A stretch of 64,000 bases of DNA from Escherichia coli (lineage in GTDB: Bacteria > Pseudomonadota > Gammaproteobacteria > Enterobacterales > Enterobacteriaceae). The notes under the pieces were generated by a model that ran no database searches, was not told the DNA's origin, and saw only the letters and a list, made by a program, of their open reading frames with translations. Positions 40,722-51,251 of this stretch are shown in pieces (the first letter of the stretch is position 1; each line of letters starts with the position of its first letter). The stretch is taken from NCBI RefSeq assembly GCF_051903065.1, contig NZ_CP178439.1; one strand, 5' to 3'. Position numbers and translations under genes: made by a program.

Positions 40722-41930
40722 TTAAAGGGTTAGTGGTTCAATAGGCTGAAAAATGAAGGTACTGCTCATCTTTCGAATAACCGGGTGATCGCCTAACGCT
40801 TCAACCGGATCAATGTGTTCTAAGCCTGCAAAATTTACTGACGACATCTGGCTGCGACTGCATTTGCAGGACAGGATATACTCATCCTCCAGATAGCCGG
40901 TCCGCTTACTGACCCGTTGCGTAAAGCCTGACACAATCACGTTGTCGAACGGTAGCGTATGTAAAACGATACCGACCAGGCGGAACAAGCAGCCATGGAC
41001 GTGGCGGGCATAGTTTTCGCGTACGGCTTTTTGCGTCATGGCTTTTTCCGTCAGCTCCGTGCCCCGGGCATTAACGCCGTAAATCTTATCAGGGAAATCT
41101 TCAATCTCAGCTAAATCAACATCCAGCAGGACTGCTGATAGCTCCGGCTTTACTTCAAATGCAACAAGCGTTTCACGCGGCCATTCAGTTTCTGCCAGCA
41201 CACCCGCCAGGTATGATTCGAAAAACGCGGCGTCTGTCCGGAACTGCTGCCGGGCATCTGCCTGAGCCGTGGCGAGCCGTTTTTCATGTTCTTCAGCCTC
41301 AAACTTCCAGTTTGCATACTGTTCGGCCCAGGCCGTCCGTTGTTGCTGGTACCGGTGCTGTCGAAGGGTATTCTCACGCTCCACATCAATCAGCTCCTGC
41401 TGCCACCGGCGAAGATTTTCGGCGTGGCGCTCAGCTTTAGCTGATTCCGATTCAAACCATTTACCCAGAAAACTAATGCCTTCGCTCTCGGCAGGCTTTT
41501 CCGGCAATGCAAGATAGTCTGGCTTTTCTGGACGCACCGGTGCCGGAACCTGAAAAGGCGACGTTCTGTTATGCAGGTATACTGCTTCCAGCTCTGCCCA
41601 GCTGATGCCTGTTTTAGGATCCGGCGTCAGCTCGTGAATATTACGGATTGCGGTCACCGCTGACATGAGATCAGCGGCTTCCTCCTCAAGCGCCTGTCTG
41701 AGCCCCGGGTCGGTAGCCGTCCGGTTCCCACCTCCGGAACGCGCGGCCCGATCAAGCCGGGTACGGTAACTCAGCCCGGTACCGGGCAAGCCCAGATTGG
41801 CATAGGTCCCCCGGCTTCCAAAAGAAACAGAAGCACCTCTCGGCCCGACACTCAGGCTCGGTGCACCGTTACTCAGGTTGAGGCGAACACCAGGAATAAT
41901 GTTGATCGACTTTCTGAATCTGAACCCCAT
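40722..41930 (-). CDS. Ter-linked hypothetical protein (DUF4236-like N-terminus)
   Basis: N-terminus MGFRFRKSINIIPGVRLNLS, Gly/Arg-rich, then coiled-coil-like region; 402 aa. Confidence 0.5.
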   Translation of the reverse strand: MGFRFRKSINIIPGVRLNLSNGAPSLSVGPRGASVSFGSRGTYANLGLPGTGLSYRTRLDRAARSGGGNRTATDPGLRQALEEEAADLMSAVTAIRNIHELTPDPKTGISWAELEAVYLHNRTSPFQVPAPVRPEKPDYLALPEKPAESEGISFLGKWFESESAKAERHAENLRRWQQELIDVERENTLRQHRYQQQRTAWAEQYANWKFEAEEHEKRLATAQADARQQFRTDAAFFESYLAGVLAETEWPRETLVAFEVKPELSAVLLDVDLAEIEDFPDKIYGVNARGTELTEKAMTQKAVRENYARHVHGCLFRLVGIVLHTLPFDNVIVSGFTQRVSKRTGYLEDEYILSCKCSRSQMSSVNFAGLEHIDPVEALGDHPVIRKMSSTFIFQPIEPLTL

Positions 41931-41940
41931 TATGATTTCC

Positions 41941-42900
41941 TTAATGATGCTGGGTCACGGTAAGTAATCTGATTCCATCAGCGCTTTGCTCGTTCTGTAA
42001 CCCATAAAAACGAGCTCTGTCCAGAATGCCAGCCGCCCAGCGGCGATGTGTGGCGGGTTCACACATTGCTCCCTGCGACTTAAACACGGCCTGGGTAGAG
42101 TTCAGGATCCGCAGAGCGTCAGAATGCTCACCCTGAGTGACCATCAGCGCGTTTTGAATGACCTCTATCTGACCCGGGTGAATGGCCGTTTTCCCAACAA
42201 GCCCATGTGCCATATCAAGAGCCAGCTCTCTGGCCATTACGGCATGATCGTCAATATGCTCACATACGGGCGCGGTCAGGGCAAAATCACGCGGGCCGAA
42301 GACCGAAACGAGCATTTTGATGACGTAGCCCATCGGGCTGTCATACAGCGTCAGGTCCCGGGGACGGCGAAGCGACACAACGTTCATAAGATCGTTGCCG
42401 CCGATTCGAAGCGCAATAATGCGGTCGTGGCAGGGATGTTCCACCAGACGGGTGGCCAGCTCCCGCATCTGAACCACGTCAAAGACGTCTTCTGTTTCCA
42501 GCGTTGGCATCATGCACAGGTGAGTCCCGCCCATGATATCCCACCATTCAGCTAACGAACTGAGGGTAAATTTCGGCAACACAAACCCGTCGACAGCGGA
42601 AAGATCATAATGCGCTTTTAACCATCTGCCCATTTCGGCATGCCGGGGGCGAATGAACACCAGAGGCCAGTCATTTTTACCCAGGCTATGCATGCTGTTA
42701 CTGAGCTCGTGCAGCAGGTGCTCCAGATTTTTGAGGGCGACGGGGATGTCTGCTTCACTGACAGCATCCTCCAGGCAAATCACCAGAGAGCGCAAACCCG
42801 GGATTTTCCCGTGCAGGACGGCATCAGCAATATCTTCCCGTGTTGCAGGCATGTATAGCGTGGCTCCCAGATTCCAGGGAGAAAGACGATTTTTCATCAA
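41941..42900 (-). CDS. HpcH/HpaI aldolase / citrate lyase beta-like (TIM barrel) protein, Ter-linked biosynthesis module
   Basis: LVICLEDAVSE motif typical of the CitE/HpcH family; 319 aa. Confidence 0.6.
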   Translation of the reverse strand: MMKNRLSPWNLGATLYMPATREDIADAVLHGKIPGLRSLVICLEDAVSEADIPVALKNLEHLLHELSNSMHSLGKNDWPLVFIRPRHAEMGRWLKAHYDLSAVDGFVLPKFTLSSLAEWWDIMGGTHLCMMPTLETEDVFDVVQMRELATRLVEHPCHDRIIALRIGGNDLMNVVSLRRPRDLTLYDSPMGYVIKMLVSVFGPRDFALTAPVCEHIDDHAVMARELALDMAHGLVGKTAIHPGQIEVIQNALMVTQGEHSDALRILNSTQAVFKSQGAMCEPATHRRWAAGILDRARFYGLQNEQSADGIRLLTVTQHH

Positions 42901-43976
42901 AGTACCTTCTTGATAATGGTTACAGCCCGATACTGGCCGAGGGTTCCCCCCATTTCTGTAACAACTATTCCCTTTTCACGAGCAAGCCCTACAAGCAAGG
43001 CAACGTCCGGGTCGTCAATAGAACGCACAAATACATGGTCCGGTACCCGACGTAATACAGCCCGGGTTGCTTCAGCAATACCGGGTTTTATACGATTGAC
43101 GCTGTCCACTTTAAATTCATCGGCCAGGAACGCGATAACGTCGCGACTTGTCTGCCATAAGATCCGGGCTGACTCCGTATTCCAGCTCAGGGGAGCGAGG
43201 GATGACGGGGTTAACTTCTTACGGAAATGAGCGACGGTATCGACAAGCATCCGGCTGCATTCGAATTCACTGAGATGCTCGCAAACCATGCACCCGTGTA
43301 ATCCTTCAGAGGACCACACTGACCGGGAGATCAGGCCTGACACCGGCGCACCCATGATGCCAAAAGGAATGAGCCAGTCATCATCACTGGCTGCAAGCCA
43401 GGAGCAGCCACAGGGATCGGCCAGGACAACCAGTCGCGGCTGCTCAGGATAGCCCGGGCGATCTTTCAGTGCGCGTACAAGCTCTCCGGTAATTGCGCCT
43501 TTACCTGTCCATCCGTCAACAAAGACAATACCGCTGGTACCATGCCGCTCTTCAATGACGTCGAGGGCTGCACCGTCAATTCCACGATCCCGGATAATGC
43601 TGATACCGTAATGCCATGAGGTTTTCCCCATGTCACGCAGGGCCTGGTGCAGCATAACGCCGAGCGGCACGCCAGCCCTGACAAGACTGGCCAGTACAAT
43701 GGGCTCATCACCAAAGCGTTTGGCCAGAGCAATAGCGAGCTGTGTGACTTCTTTTGCAAGTCTCTCTGCGCCCCGATCCAGCGCCCGGTGAAACAAATCA
43801 AGATGCCATTGTGTTGGCGCTGGCTCCTGACTGAGCATGTCCGAATAATGTTTCTTCCCTGACTGAATCAGCTCTTCTTTTTGCTCAACCGGCGTCATCT
43901 CAATGACAACCGGCTTTAGCAGAAATTCCACGTCACCGGGCTGGTATGAGCCGGTAAATGTGTCATGTGGCTGCAT
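42897..43976 (-). CDS. Ter-linked biosynthesis-module protein (possible divergent phosphoribosyltransferase-like)
   Basis: IVFVDGWTGKGAITG loosely resembles a PRTase PRPP loop; start set at the internal ATG (track ORF to 44042 overlaps the upstream gene). Confidence 0.45.
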   Translation of the reverse strand: MQPHDTFTGSYQPGDVEFLLKPVVIEMTPVEQKEELIQSGKKHYSDMLSQEPAPTQWHLDLFHRALDRGAERLAKEVTQLAIALAKRFGDEPIVLASLVRAGVPLGVMLHQALRDMGKTSWHYGISIIRDRGIDGAALDVIEERHGTSGIVFVDGWTGKGAITGELVRALKDRPGYPEQPRLVVLADPCGCSWLAASDDDWLIPFGIMGAPVSGLISRSVWSSEGLHGCMVCEHLSEFECSRMLVDTVAHFRKKLTPSSLAPLSWNTESARILWQTSRDVIAFLADEFKVDSVNRIKPGIAEATRAVLRRVPDHVFVRSIDDPDVALLVGLAREKGIVVTEMGGTLGQYRAVTIIKKVL

Positions 43977-43977
43977 T

Positions 43978-44751
43978 TTAATTTTCTCCAAAAATTCGCT
44001 GTGAAATGGCATCTGCAAACTGACTCTGACGCGGGATGCCAAACCAGCTGCACAGTTTCATAAAACGATGATCGCTCAGGCTGTCGCCCAGGCCAATTAC
44101 GGGGAAGACTCCGCGTTCAGCCCGAAGTTTTTCAAGCAGCCATCTGACGGCCAGCCCTTTCTCAACCGGGGTGGGAAGCCAGGCCACGTTATTACTGTTG
44201 CGGTGGATGTAGAAGCCCTCGGTCGGAAACACCGTTTCTATCTCATCTGCAATGGCATTGAGCTCGTCAAGGCGGGTGCTGTCGCGGTGCTTCATCACCA
44301 TATAAACCGCCGTTTCACCGTATTCGAAGTTCAGCCTTGCCCAGGCATTGATCCCTTTTGCGTCCATCATTTCAGTGATCAGACGCTGCATCGATGTCAG
44401 CTTTTCCTGGTAGGGAGCCAGCTGGCCAAGCATATGGGCCTTCCACTCCTCGTCGGGTTTGCCTTCAGGCGTGAGAATGACGGCCCCGTGCGTGGTGATT
44501 GCCCAGGAGTGGAAAGGGATCCGGACGCGGCTGATTTCTTCAGTTCCCCGGGCGGTAACAGGTATGAGTTCAGCCTGCTCCAGGAGCCAGTCCACCAACA
44601 TGGACTGTTCTTCCGTCATAAAGCTTCGTGGATTCAGGGTGCGATCAACGGCACCGGTACGGAATGGCTCCAGGGCCAGCTCGTCCACCATTTTACGACG
44701 GGTCTGAAAGAGCGTGTCGTCAAGGTCGCTCAGAACAACGGGTTTATTCAT
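43978..44751 (-). CDS. HAD-superfamily hydrolase, Ter-linked biosynthesis module
   Basis: HAD motif I VVLSDLDDTLF; start set at ATG 44751 (MNKPVV); the track ORF's upstream extension overlaps the PRTase gene out of frame. Confidence 0.65.
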   Translation of the reverse strand: MNKPVVLSDLDDTLFQTRRKMVDELALEPFRTGAVDRTLNPRSFMTEEQSMLVDWLLEQAELIPVTARGTEEISRVRIPFHSWAITTHGAVILTPEGKPDEEWKAHMLGQLAPYQEKLTSMQRLITEMMDAKGINAWARLNFEYGETAVYMVMKHRDSTRLDELNAIADEIETVFPTEGFYIHRNSNNVAWLPTPVEKGLAVRWLLEKLRAERGVFPVIGLGDSLSDHRFMKLCSWFGIPRQSQFADAISQRIFGEN

Positions 44752-45892
44752 AGGTAACAATCTCCACGACGGGCGCAACCTCAGCCAGGGCTTTAAGAAG
44801 CTGCGTGTCAATACTTTCTGCGGGTGTCTCAGTACACACAAGAATACGGTCAAACTGCTGGTGGGCGACGTTATAGACAAAATTGGGGATGCCCAGCCCG
44901 TAGTTATCCGTAAAGGAAATGGCGGACTCAATGGCATAACCAACGGCGATAGGGGAGCGGGTGGTCGAACCATAAAGTGCCTGTGCTCCGGCAGCTTCGA
45001 GCCGTTCAGCAAGCAGGAACGGCTCCCAGACGAATTCCCCGGTCCCGAGAACCAGAATACGTTCCCCCTTGCGGACGGAGACCTCATGGCCGAGATCGGC
45101 CGCAGGTGCGAGCATCCCCAGTCGACCCCAGGACTGTTTTCCCAGGATGTCCCATTCTCCGCGTGAAGTTACGTTGACTTTCGGCATGTCCGGGACAGGT
45201 GCATCAGGTAATGGGGTCCATCCCCACTGACCGCTTACAAGCGAAACCGAAGTGACGGGCAAGGATGTGCGCTCCGACAGGGCGTTGCTACTCCAGTCGG
45301 TAAGCGTAACGGCGATAACCTGTTCAATATGTTGAAGCTTGCCGGTATTACGCAGGGCAGAAAGCAGGTTAATAAAGGTATTACCGGTGGTTGCCTCGTC
45401 ATCAATCAAAACCAGCGTTCGTGCGTTGGTAACACGACGTCTTTTCTCTTCATCATCTGGCAGATAGATCAGATGATCGGTGGCGTGGCTGTGTTCTTCC
45501 TTGAACTCGCAAAGTAACGTGCCATCAACCGGGTGACGGGTAGAGGTCAGATAGACAGATTCACGATGCTGGTGGCGCACTTCATCAAACACACCGGCCC
45601 CTAGCCCAACGGCGGTTTCAGCCATACCGATAAAAAGTACGGGCCCTGTCAGCGTTGCGGGGAACTGGCTGGCAAGCTGTCTGTAGGCCTGCCGCATGAC
45701 TGAGGGTGGCACGGGAATGTGCCTGCCGAGTACTTTGCTGACAAACAGAAAGGCGCGTTTCGGGTTACGTCTTTCAGCGATATCAAACAGGTCATCGAGC
45801 GAAACATCACCCTGGTCGCGGGTTACCTGTATCGTACCGCATGAGAGGGTACGGCGATAAATCATATCTTCGAGGGTATCAGACATAAACAC
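44744..45892 (-). CDS. Phosphoribosyltransferase-domain protein, Ter-linked biosynthesis module
   Basis: PRPP-binding motif LVLIDDEATTGNTF; 382 aa. Confidence 0.65.
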   Translation of the reverse strand: MFMSDTLEDMIYRRTLSCGTIQVTRDQGDVSLDDLFDIAERRNPKRAFLFVSKVLGRHIPVPPSVMRQAYRQLASQFPATLTGPVLFIGMAETAVGLGAGVFDEVRHQHRESVYLTSTRHPVDGTLLCEFKEEHSHATDHLIYLPDDEEKRRRVTNARTLVLIDDEATTGNTFINLLSALRNTGKLQHIEQVIAVTLTDWSSNALSERTSLPVTSVSLVSGQWGWTPLPDAPVPDMPKVNVTSRGEWDILGKQSWGRLGMLAPAADLGHEVSVRKGERILVLGTGEFVWEPFLLAERLEAAGAQALYGSTTRSPIAVGYAIESAISFTDNYGLGIPNFVYNVAHQQFDRILVCTETPAESIDTQLLKALAEVAPVVEIVTYE

Positions 45893-45895
45893 GCC

Positions 45896-46954
45896 TTAAT
45901 TCAGATGGTTAGAGAGTGATTCCGGGTAAACGATGACATCTGTGATGGATCTCACTGCAACCGGAGAAAAGGTATTTCTGGCGCTCTGGATCACCGCATC
46001 TTCAGACATCAGACCGAGCTTAAAGGCAGCAAACAACCCGGGAAGGTTCACCCCGCTGTGAAGGGTATAACCCACCCCGCCTGACGGACGCATGTTGGTT
46101 TCAAGCAGCACCGGGTTGCCATTCACATCGTTTCGCGTCTGAACATTCACCAGCCCGTCGGCCTTCATAACCCGGGCGCAGTCACAAGCCAGTTCCCAGG
46201 CGCTTCCTTCGTTTACCAGATACTGGATAGCCCCTTCCTTACGGCGTCCCACGGCTGCGAGTATTTCGCCCTTATCCGCGAGGATATCGACGGAAAATTC
46301 CGGGCCTGGCAGGTACGGCATCAAAACAAGGGGTTTAAACGACTCAGAAGCCGATGCTGCTGCAATATACTGTTGCGGACTGACCAGACGATGTTCGGGA
46401 TGATTAAAGACGGCCATGGGCGAAGCACTGTCATCAAAGCGCCAGAATCCCATGCCATAGATACCCGTCACCGGCTTCACGCATACCGGGCTGTCCGAGA
46501 ACGGCGGGGCCGCGAGGTGCGTCTTTAATTCTGCCAGCGTATTCACCCGCCAGGACGGTACGACCGGGAGCCCGTTTTGCTCCATAAACTGAGCAAAAGT
46601 AACTTTTTCGTCAGCCAGAGTTAACCAGTCGACGCCTGTTGCACCGGTAGTAAGGGTGGCTCCGGTCGATTCAATGGCTGAACGGTGTTCTTCAAACCAC
46701 TGGCTGTTACGGCCAGTATGAATATGGTGGATGCCGTAGGTCTGAATGGTTTCCTGAATAAACTGAAGACGTTTTTGAGGATCTTCAGGTTCAGTCAAAG
46801 AATAATCGGCAACGGAAAGAATTTCATGTCTTTCGTTACGGTGGGAGGCAAATACGGTAATAGCAAAATTATTTTTTTGTGCAAATGATTTTACCCCCTG
46901 AATAATATCTCGCTGGGAGGACAAACCTTCCATAAACCAAATTTTCTTGTTCAT
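45896..46954 (-). CDS. ATP-grasp enzyme, Ter-linked biosynthesis module
   Basis: 352-aa ORF, first gene of the minus-strand biosynthesis operon divergent from terZ; Gly-rich VCVKPVTGIYGMGF segment; call based mainly on position. Confidence 0.5.
   Translation of the reverse strand: MNKKIWFMEGLSSQRDIIQGVKSFAQKNNFAITVFASHRNERHEILSVADYSLTEPEDPQKRLQFIQETIQTYGIHHIHTGRNSQWFEEHRSAIESTGATLTTGATGVDWLTLADEKVTFAQFMEQNGLPVVPSWRVNTLAELKTHLAAPPFSDSPVCVKPVTGIYGMGFWRFDDSASPMAVFNHPEHRLVSPQQYIAAASASESFKPLVLMPYLPGPEFSVDILADKGEILAAVGRRKEGAIQYLVNEGSAWELACDCARVMKADGLVNVQTRNDVNGNPVLLETNMRPSGGVGYTLHSGVNLPGLFAAFKLGLMSEDAVIQSARNTFSPVAVRSITDVIVYPESLSNHLN
46596..46606. repeat. AAAGTWACTTT palindromic motif copy 9
   Basis: AAAGTAACTTT inside the minus-strand ATP-grasp gene (E-K-V-T-F on the coding strand). 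Confidence 0.6.
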
Positions 46955-46985
46955 TTTTTTTAATTATCCGGAACGCCATGCAAAT

Positions 46986-47036
46986 TTATGATTGAGAAGT
47001 GAGTCTATGAGTGTCTACGCTACATGTCAATCATAA
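46986..47036. promoter_or_regulatory. Inverted repeats in the divergent ter promoter region
   Basis: TTATGATTGA (46986-46995) and TCAATCATAA (47027-47036), 31-bp spacer, overlapping a second dyad ATCATAaTATGAT; lies between the biosynthesis operon and terZ. Confidence 0.4.
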
Positions 47037-47277
47037 TATGATTAATAACTTCAGTGGTTATGGAGTGCGTCAGTGTTTTTTTTAGTGCCTTATAACGTAT
47101 TGATATTTAAATTAAAAATAGAAAAATGAACACCATGAAAAGGATTTATTTTTGTGTTTTTGAAGAAAACTACCAAAATTTCCCTTGTCAGAGAACTTCA
47201 TCATGATATGATTTTCTTCGTCAGTTACTAAATATACCTTTGATTGTCTCGGTCATTACCATTTTAAGGAATAAAAC

Positions 47278-47859
47278 ATGGTTTCATTAGTTAAGAACCA
47301 GACGGTATCACTCAGCAAAGAATCATCTGCATTAAGCCAGCTTCATTTCGGTCTCGGTTGGGATCCGGTTAAGAAAAAAGGTCTTCTTGGAGGATTGTTT
47401 GGAGGCAACGACTCAATCGATCTCGATGCTGGCTGCGTATTAATGGACAGCACCGGTAAAACAATTGACACCATCTGGTTCCGCAAACTGGAATCCACCT
47501 GCGGCGCTGTTGTGCACAGTGGCGATAACCTGACCGGTGAGGGTGACGGTGACGATGAGGTGATTAAGGTCAACCTCTCCCGACTGCCTGCAAACGTTGA
47601 ATACCTGGCGTTTACGGTAAACAGCTTCCGTGGTCAGTCGTTCAATGACGTCGAAAACGCGTTCTGCCGCGTTGTCGATCAAACCGGCAAAGAGCTGGCT
47701 CGCTACAAGCTGACTGAGCAGGGCTCACATACCGGGATCGTTATTTCTTCGCTGCGCCGTAATAACGGCAACTGGGACTTTACCGCCCTTGGCCATGCCT
47801 GTCGCGGCCGCACAATTGACGATATGCACTCCGATATCGTTTCAGCGGTTATTCGCTAA
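47278..47859 (+). CDS. terZ: Tellurite resistance protein TerZ (TerD family)
   Basis: [13 protein letters not shown] signature; 193 aa; first gene of the terZABCDEF order. Confidence 0.85.
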   Translation: MVSLVKNQTVSLSKESSALSQLHFGLGWDPVKKKGLLGGLFGGNDSIDLDAGCVLMDSTGKTIDTIWFRKLESTCGAVVHSGDNLTGEGDGDDEVIKVNLSRLPANVEYLAFTVNSFRGQSFNDVENAFCRVVDQTGKELARYKLTEQGSHTGIVISSLRRNNGNWDFTALGHACRGRTIDDMHSDIVSAVIR

Positions 47860-49016
47860 TGAACCTGACGCCGGGGGGCAATGCCCCCGTTCCAGCCCAG
47901 GAGTTGCGGGTCCGGATCACCTCGGGCGGCCAGGTGGATGCTTCGGCGTTTCGCCTGTATGCCGACGGGAAGGTGCAGGGTGATGCGGACATGGTGTTTT
48001 ATGGTCAGCCACGTAACGATGATGGTACCGTCAGCCTGGTCAGTGAAGGCCAGTACTCAACCTTTACTGTCGCGCTCAACCGGCTGAAACCTGATGTCCA
48101 GAAAATTGCGTTCACCGTGACCTGTGACGGTGGGCAGACGGTGTCCGGTCTTCGTAATCTTTCCATCGACGTGGAGCAAGGGGCTACCGGCCTGGTTAGC
48201 GGCAGTGTCGAACTGAGCGGCCGTCAGGAAGCAGCCTTAATTCTGGGTGAATTTTACCGTCGTAATAATGACTGGAAATTCCGCTTCGTTGCGCAGGGGT
48301 TCAACGGTGGACTTAAACCGCTGGCAGAGCATTTCGGCGTAAATATTGCCGACGAACCGGCTCCCGCAGCCCCGACTCCTCCGGTTGTAACCCCTCCGCC
48401 AGTTGAGACAAAAATCAGCCTGAGCAAGGTATCGCTGACAAAAGAGAAGCCTGCAATCAGCCTGACCAAACGGGATAACTTCGGTGAAATCCGGATCAAC
48501 CTGAACTGGCACCGGGGCAGCGGCAAATCAGGCTTTGCAGGCATGTTCGGCTCCAAAGGAATCGACCTGGATCTGGGGGCCTTTGTTGAGCTTCAGGACG
48601 GGTATAAATCGGTCATTCAGGCGCTCGGTAATGCATTCGGTAATTATCGCGATGAACCGTATGTTCAGCTCAAGGGCGATGACCGGACGGGTGATGTATC
48701 AGACGGCGAGTGGCTGCATATCAATGGACGTGAATGGAAGCATATCCGCGAAGTGCTGATTTACGCCTTTATTTATGAAGGTGTTCCCAGCTGGGACAAG
48801 ACTGATGGTGTGGTCACCATTCATGTGCCGGATCAACCGCCCATTGAGACCCGCCTGACCGAAGGTGAAAACCGTCGCACATTGTGCGCCATTGCCAGAC
48901 TCGTAAACGAAAACGGCGCAATTAAAGTCGAGCGAATTAACCAGTACTTCAAAGGCCAGGACGAAATGGACCGGGCATTTGGCTGGGGATTTCGCTGGAG
49001 CGCCGGTTCTAAATAA
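47859..49016 (+). CDS. terA: Tellurite resistance protein TerA
   Basis: 385-aa TerD-family-like protein; start overlaps the terZ stop. Confidence 0.8.
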   Translation: MNLTPGGNAPVPAQELRVRITSGGQVDASAFRLYADGKVQGDADMVFYGQPRNDDGTVSLVSEGQYSTFTVALNRLKPDVQKIAFTVTCDGGQTVSGLRNLSIDVEQGATGLVSGSVELSGRQEAALILGEFYRRNNDWKFRFVAQGFNGGLKPLAEHFGVNIADEPAPAAPTPPVVTPPPVETKISLSKVSLTKEKPAISLTKRDNFGEIRINLNWHRGSGKSGFAGMFGSKGIDLDLGAFVELQDGYKSVIQALGNAFGNYRDEPYVQLKGDDRTGDVSDGEWLHINGREWKHIREVLIYAFIYEGVPSWDKTDGVVTIHVPDQPPIETRLTEGENRRTLCAIARLVNENGAIKVERINQYFKGQDEMDRAFGWGFRWSAGSK

Positions 49017-49038
49017 CACAGCAACAAAGGAAACAGGT

Positions 49039-49494
49039 ATGAGCTTTTTCGACAAGGTAAAAGGTGCCATTAACTCTGGCCGGGACGAACTGACCCGCCA
49101 GGTTGGTCGTTTCAAAAACAAAAAATTTATGCACGGCACCGTTGCTGTATGTGCCCGTATTGCCGTATCGAGTGACGGCGTGAGTTCGGAAGAAAAGCAG
49201 AAAATGATGGGCTTTCTTCGCTCTTCAGAAGAGCTGAAGGTCTTCGATACCAATGAGGTGATCGAGTTCTTCAATAAACTGGTTTCAAGCTTCGATTTCG
49301 ATGTTGAAATCGGCAAGGGCGAAACCATGAAATACATCCTGGCGCTGAAAGATCAGCCTGAGGCCGCTCAGCTGGCCTTACGTGTTGGTATTGCCGTTGC
49401 GAAAAGTGACGGTAACTTCGATCAGGACGAGAAACTGGCCTCCCGCGAGATCGCTATCGCGTTGGGCTTCGACCCGGCTGAATTTGGCCTCTGA
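49039..49494 (+). CDS. terB: Tellurite resistance protein TerB
   Basis: MSFFDKVKGAINSGRDE N-terminus; 151 aa; start set at ATG 49039 (the track's earlier start overlaps terA). Confidence 0.85.
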   Translation: MSFFDKVKGAINSGRDELTRQVGRFKNKKFMHGTVAVCARIAVSSDGVSSEEKQKMMGFLRSSEELKVFDTNEVIEFFNKLVSSFDFDVEIGKGETMKYILALKDQPEAAQLALRVGIAVAKSDGNFDQDEKLASREIAIALGFDPAEFGL

Positions 49495-49516
49495 TCCACA
49501 TCCCTAAGGGTAAAAT

Positions 49517-50557
49517 ATGGTTTCCACACACATCGGCTTCCCGACTGAAACGGTCATTGTTTTCATTGCGCTTTCAGTCGGTGCCATCTTTATTGACCTG
49601 TTTATGCACCGTGATGACAAGCCCATTTCCCTGAAGAGTGCGGCGCTCTGGTCCGTATTCTGGGTTGTGGTTGCGATGGCATTTGCCGGTTTCCTCTACA
49701 TCCACCACGGTGCTGAGGTTGCCAGCCTGTTTGTAACGGGTTATGCGCTGGAGAAAGTGCTGTCGGTCGACAACCTGTTTGTCATGATGGCCATCTTCTC
49801 CTGGTTCGCCGTTCCTGATCGTTACCGCCACCGTGTTCTCTACTGGGGGATCATTGGTGCCATCGTCTTCAGGGGCATCTTTGTCGCCATCGGTACGAGC
49901 CTGCTGAGTCTGGGGCCGTATGTTGAAGTTGTCTTCGCTATCATCGTCGCCTGGACGGCGGTCATGATGCTTAAAAGCGGTGATGACGATGATGAAATTG
50001 AGGATTATTCCCAGCATCTGGCTTACCGCATGGTTAAACGCTTCTTCCCTATCTGGCCGAAGCTCAGAGGTCATGCTTTCCTGCTTAACCAGAAGGAAGT
50101 GGATGCCGAACTGGCGAAACCAGAAAACAGCGATGTCACCATTGGCCGTGGTAAAAAGGCGGCGCTGTATGCGACCCCTCTGTTCCTGTGTGTGGCCGTG
50201 GTTGAACTCTCGGATGTTATGTTTGCGTTTGACTCGGTACCGGCAATCATTGCCGTCAGTCGTGAACCGCTTATCGTCTATAGTGCCATGATGTTTGCTA
50301 TCCTGGGCCTGCGTACTCTGTACTTTGTCCTTGAAGCACTGAAACAGTACCTGGTTCATCTGGAGAAGGCCGTTATCGTGCTGCTGTTCTTCATCGCGGC
50401 AAAACTGGGCCTGAATGCGACCGATCACATTTGGCATCATGGTTACAGCATCGCGGCGACAACCAGCCTGTATGTTGTACTGGGTGTTTTGGCGCTGGGC
50501 ATTCTCGCAAGCGTCATGTTCCCGGGCAAACCTGAATCTGAGGAAAAGGGGAGCTGA
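49517..50557 (+). CDS. terC: Tellurite resistance integral membrane protein TerC
   Basis: 346-aa polytopic membrane protein with many hydrophobic segments, in the canonical position. Confidence 0.85.
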   Translation: MVSTHIGFPTETVIVFIALSVGAIFIDLFMHRDDKPISLKSAALWSVFWVVVAMAFAGFLYIHHGAEVASLFVTGYALEKVLSVDNLFVMMAIFSWFAVPDRYRHRVLYWGIIGAIVFRGIFVAIGTSLLSLGPYVEVVFAIIVAWTAVMMLKSGDDDDEIEDYSQHLAYRMVKRFFPIWPKLRGHAFLLNQKEVDAELAKPENSDVTIGRGKKAALYATPLFLCVAVVELSDVMFAFDSVPAIIAVSREPLIVYSAMMFAILGLRTLYFVLEALKQYLVHLEKAVIVLLFFIAAKLGLNATDHIWHHGYSIAATTSLYVVLGVLALGILASVMFPGKPESEEKGS

Positions 50558-50605
50558 TCCCCTGAAGTGTTAACCTGAACAATTACTAATCGAAGAGGTT
50601 ATTTT

Positions 50606-51184
50606 ATGAGTGTTTCTCTTTCCAAAGGCGGGAACGTCTCCCTGAGTAAAGCAGCTCCGTCAATGAAAAACGTCCTGGTGGGCCTTGGCTGGGATGCGCG
50701 TTCAACAGACGGTCAGGACTTTGACCTGGATGCTTCAGCATTCCTGCTGGCCGCAAATGGCAAAGTGCGCGGCGATTCAGATTTCATCTTCTATAACAAC
50801 CTGACGTCATCTGACGGTTCCGTAACCCATACCGGTGATAACCGTACCGGTGAAGGTGATGGTGATGATGAATCGCTGAAAATTAAACTGGACGCCGTCC
50901 CGTCTGATGTTGACAAGATCATCTTCGTTGTCACTATCCATGATGCTCAGGCTCGTCGCCAGAGCTTTGGTCAGGTATCCGGTGCGTTTATTCGCCTGGT
51001 CAATGACGATAACCAGACTGAAGTCGCTCGCTACGATCTGACCGAAGATGCGTCCACTGAGACTGCCATGCTGTTCGGCGAGCTGTATCGCCACAATGGT
51101 GAGTGGAAATTCCGCGCAGTGGGCCAGGGTTATGCTGGTGGTCTGGCATCTGTATGTGCTCAGTACGGCATTAACGCGTCCTGA
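50606..51184 (+). CDS. terD: Tellurite resistance protein TerD
   Basis: [13 protein letters not shown] signature; 192 aa. Confidence 0.9.
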   Translation: MSVSLSKGGNVSLSKAAPSMKNVLVGLGWDARSTDGQDFDLDASAFLLAANGKVRGDSDFIFYNNLTSSDGSVTHTGDNRTGEGDGDDESLKIKLDAVPSDVDKIIFVVTIHDAQARRQSFGQVSGAFIRLVNDDNQTEVARYDLTEDASTETAMLFGELYRHNGEWKFRAVGQGYAGGLASVCAQYGINAS

Positions 51185-51188
51185 TCGA

Positions 51189-51199
51189 AAAGTAACTTT
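51189..51199. repeat. AAAGTWACTTT palindromic motif copy 10
   Basis: GAAAAGTAACTTTTC (15-bp palindrome) in the terD-terE intergenic region. Confidence 0.6.
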
Positions 51200-51251
51200 T
51201 CACCCGGGGCTGTTAATGCAGCCCTCATTCAACTGTTTGCAGGAGCTAAAA

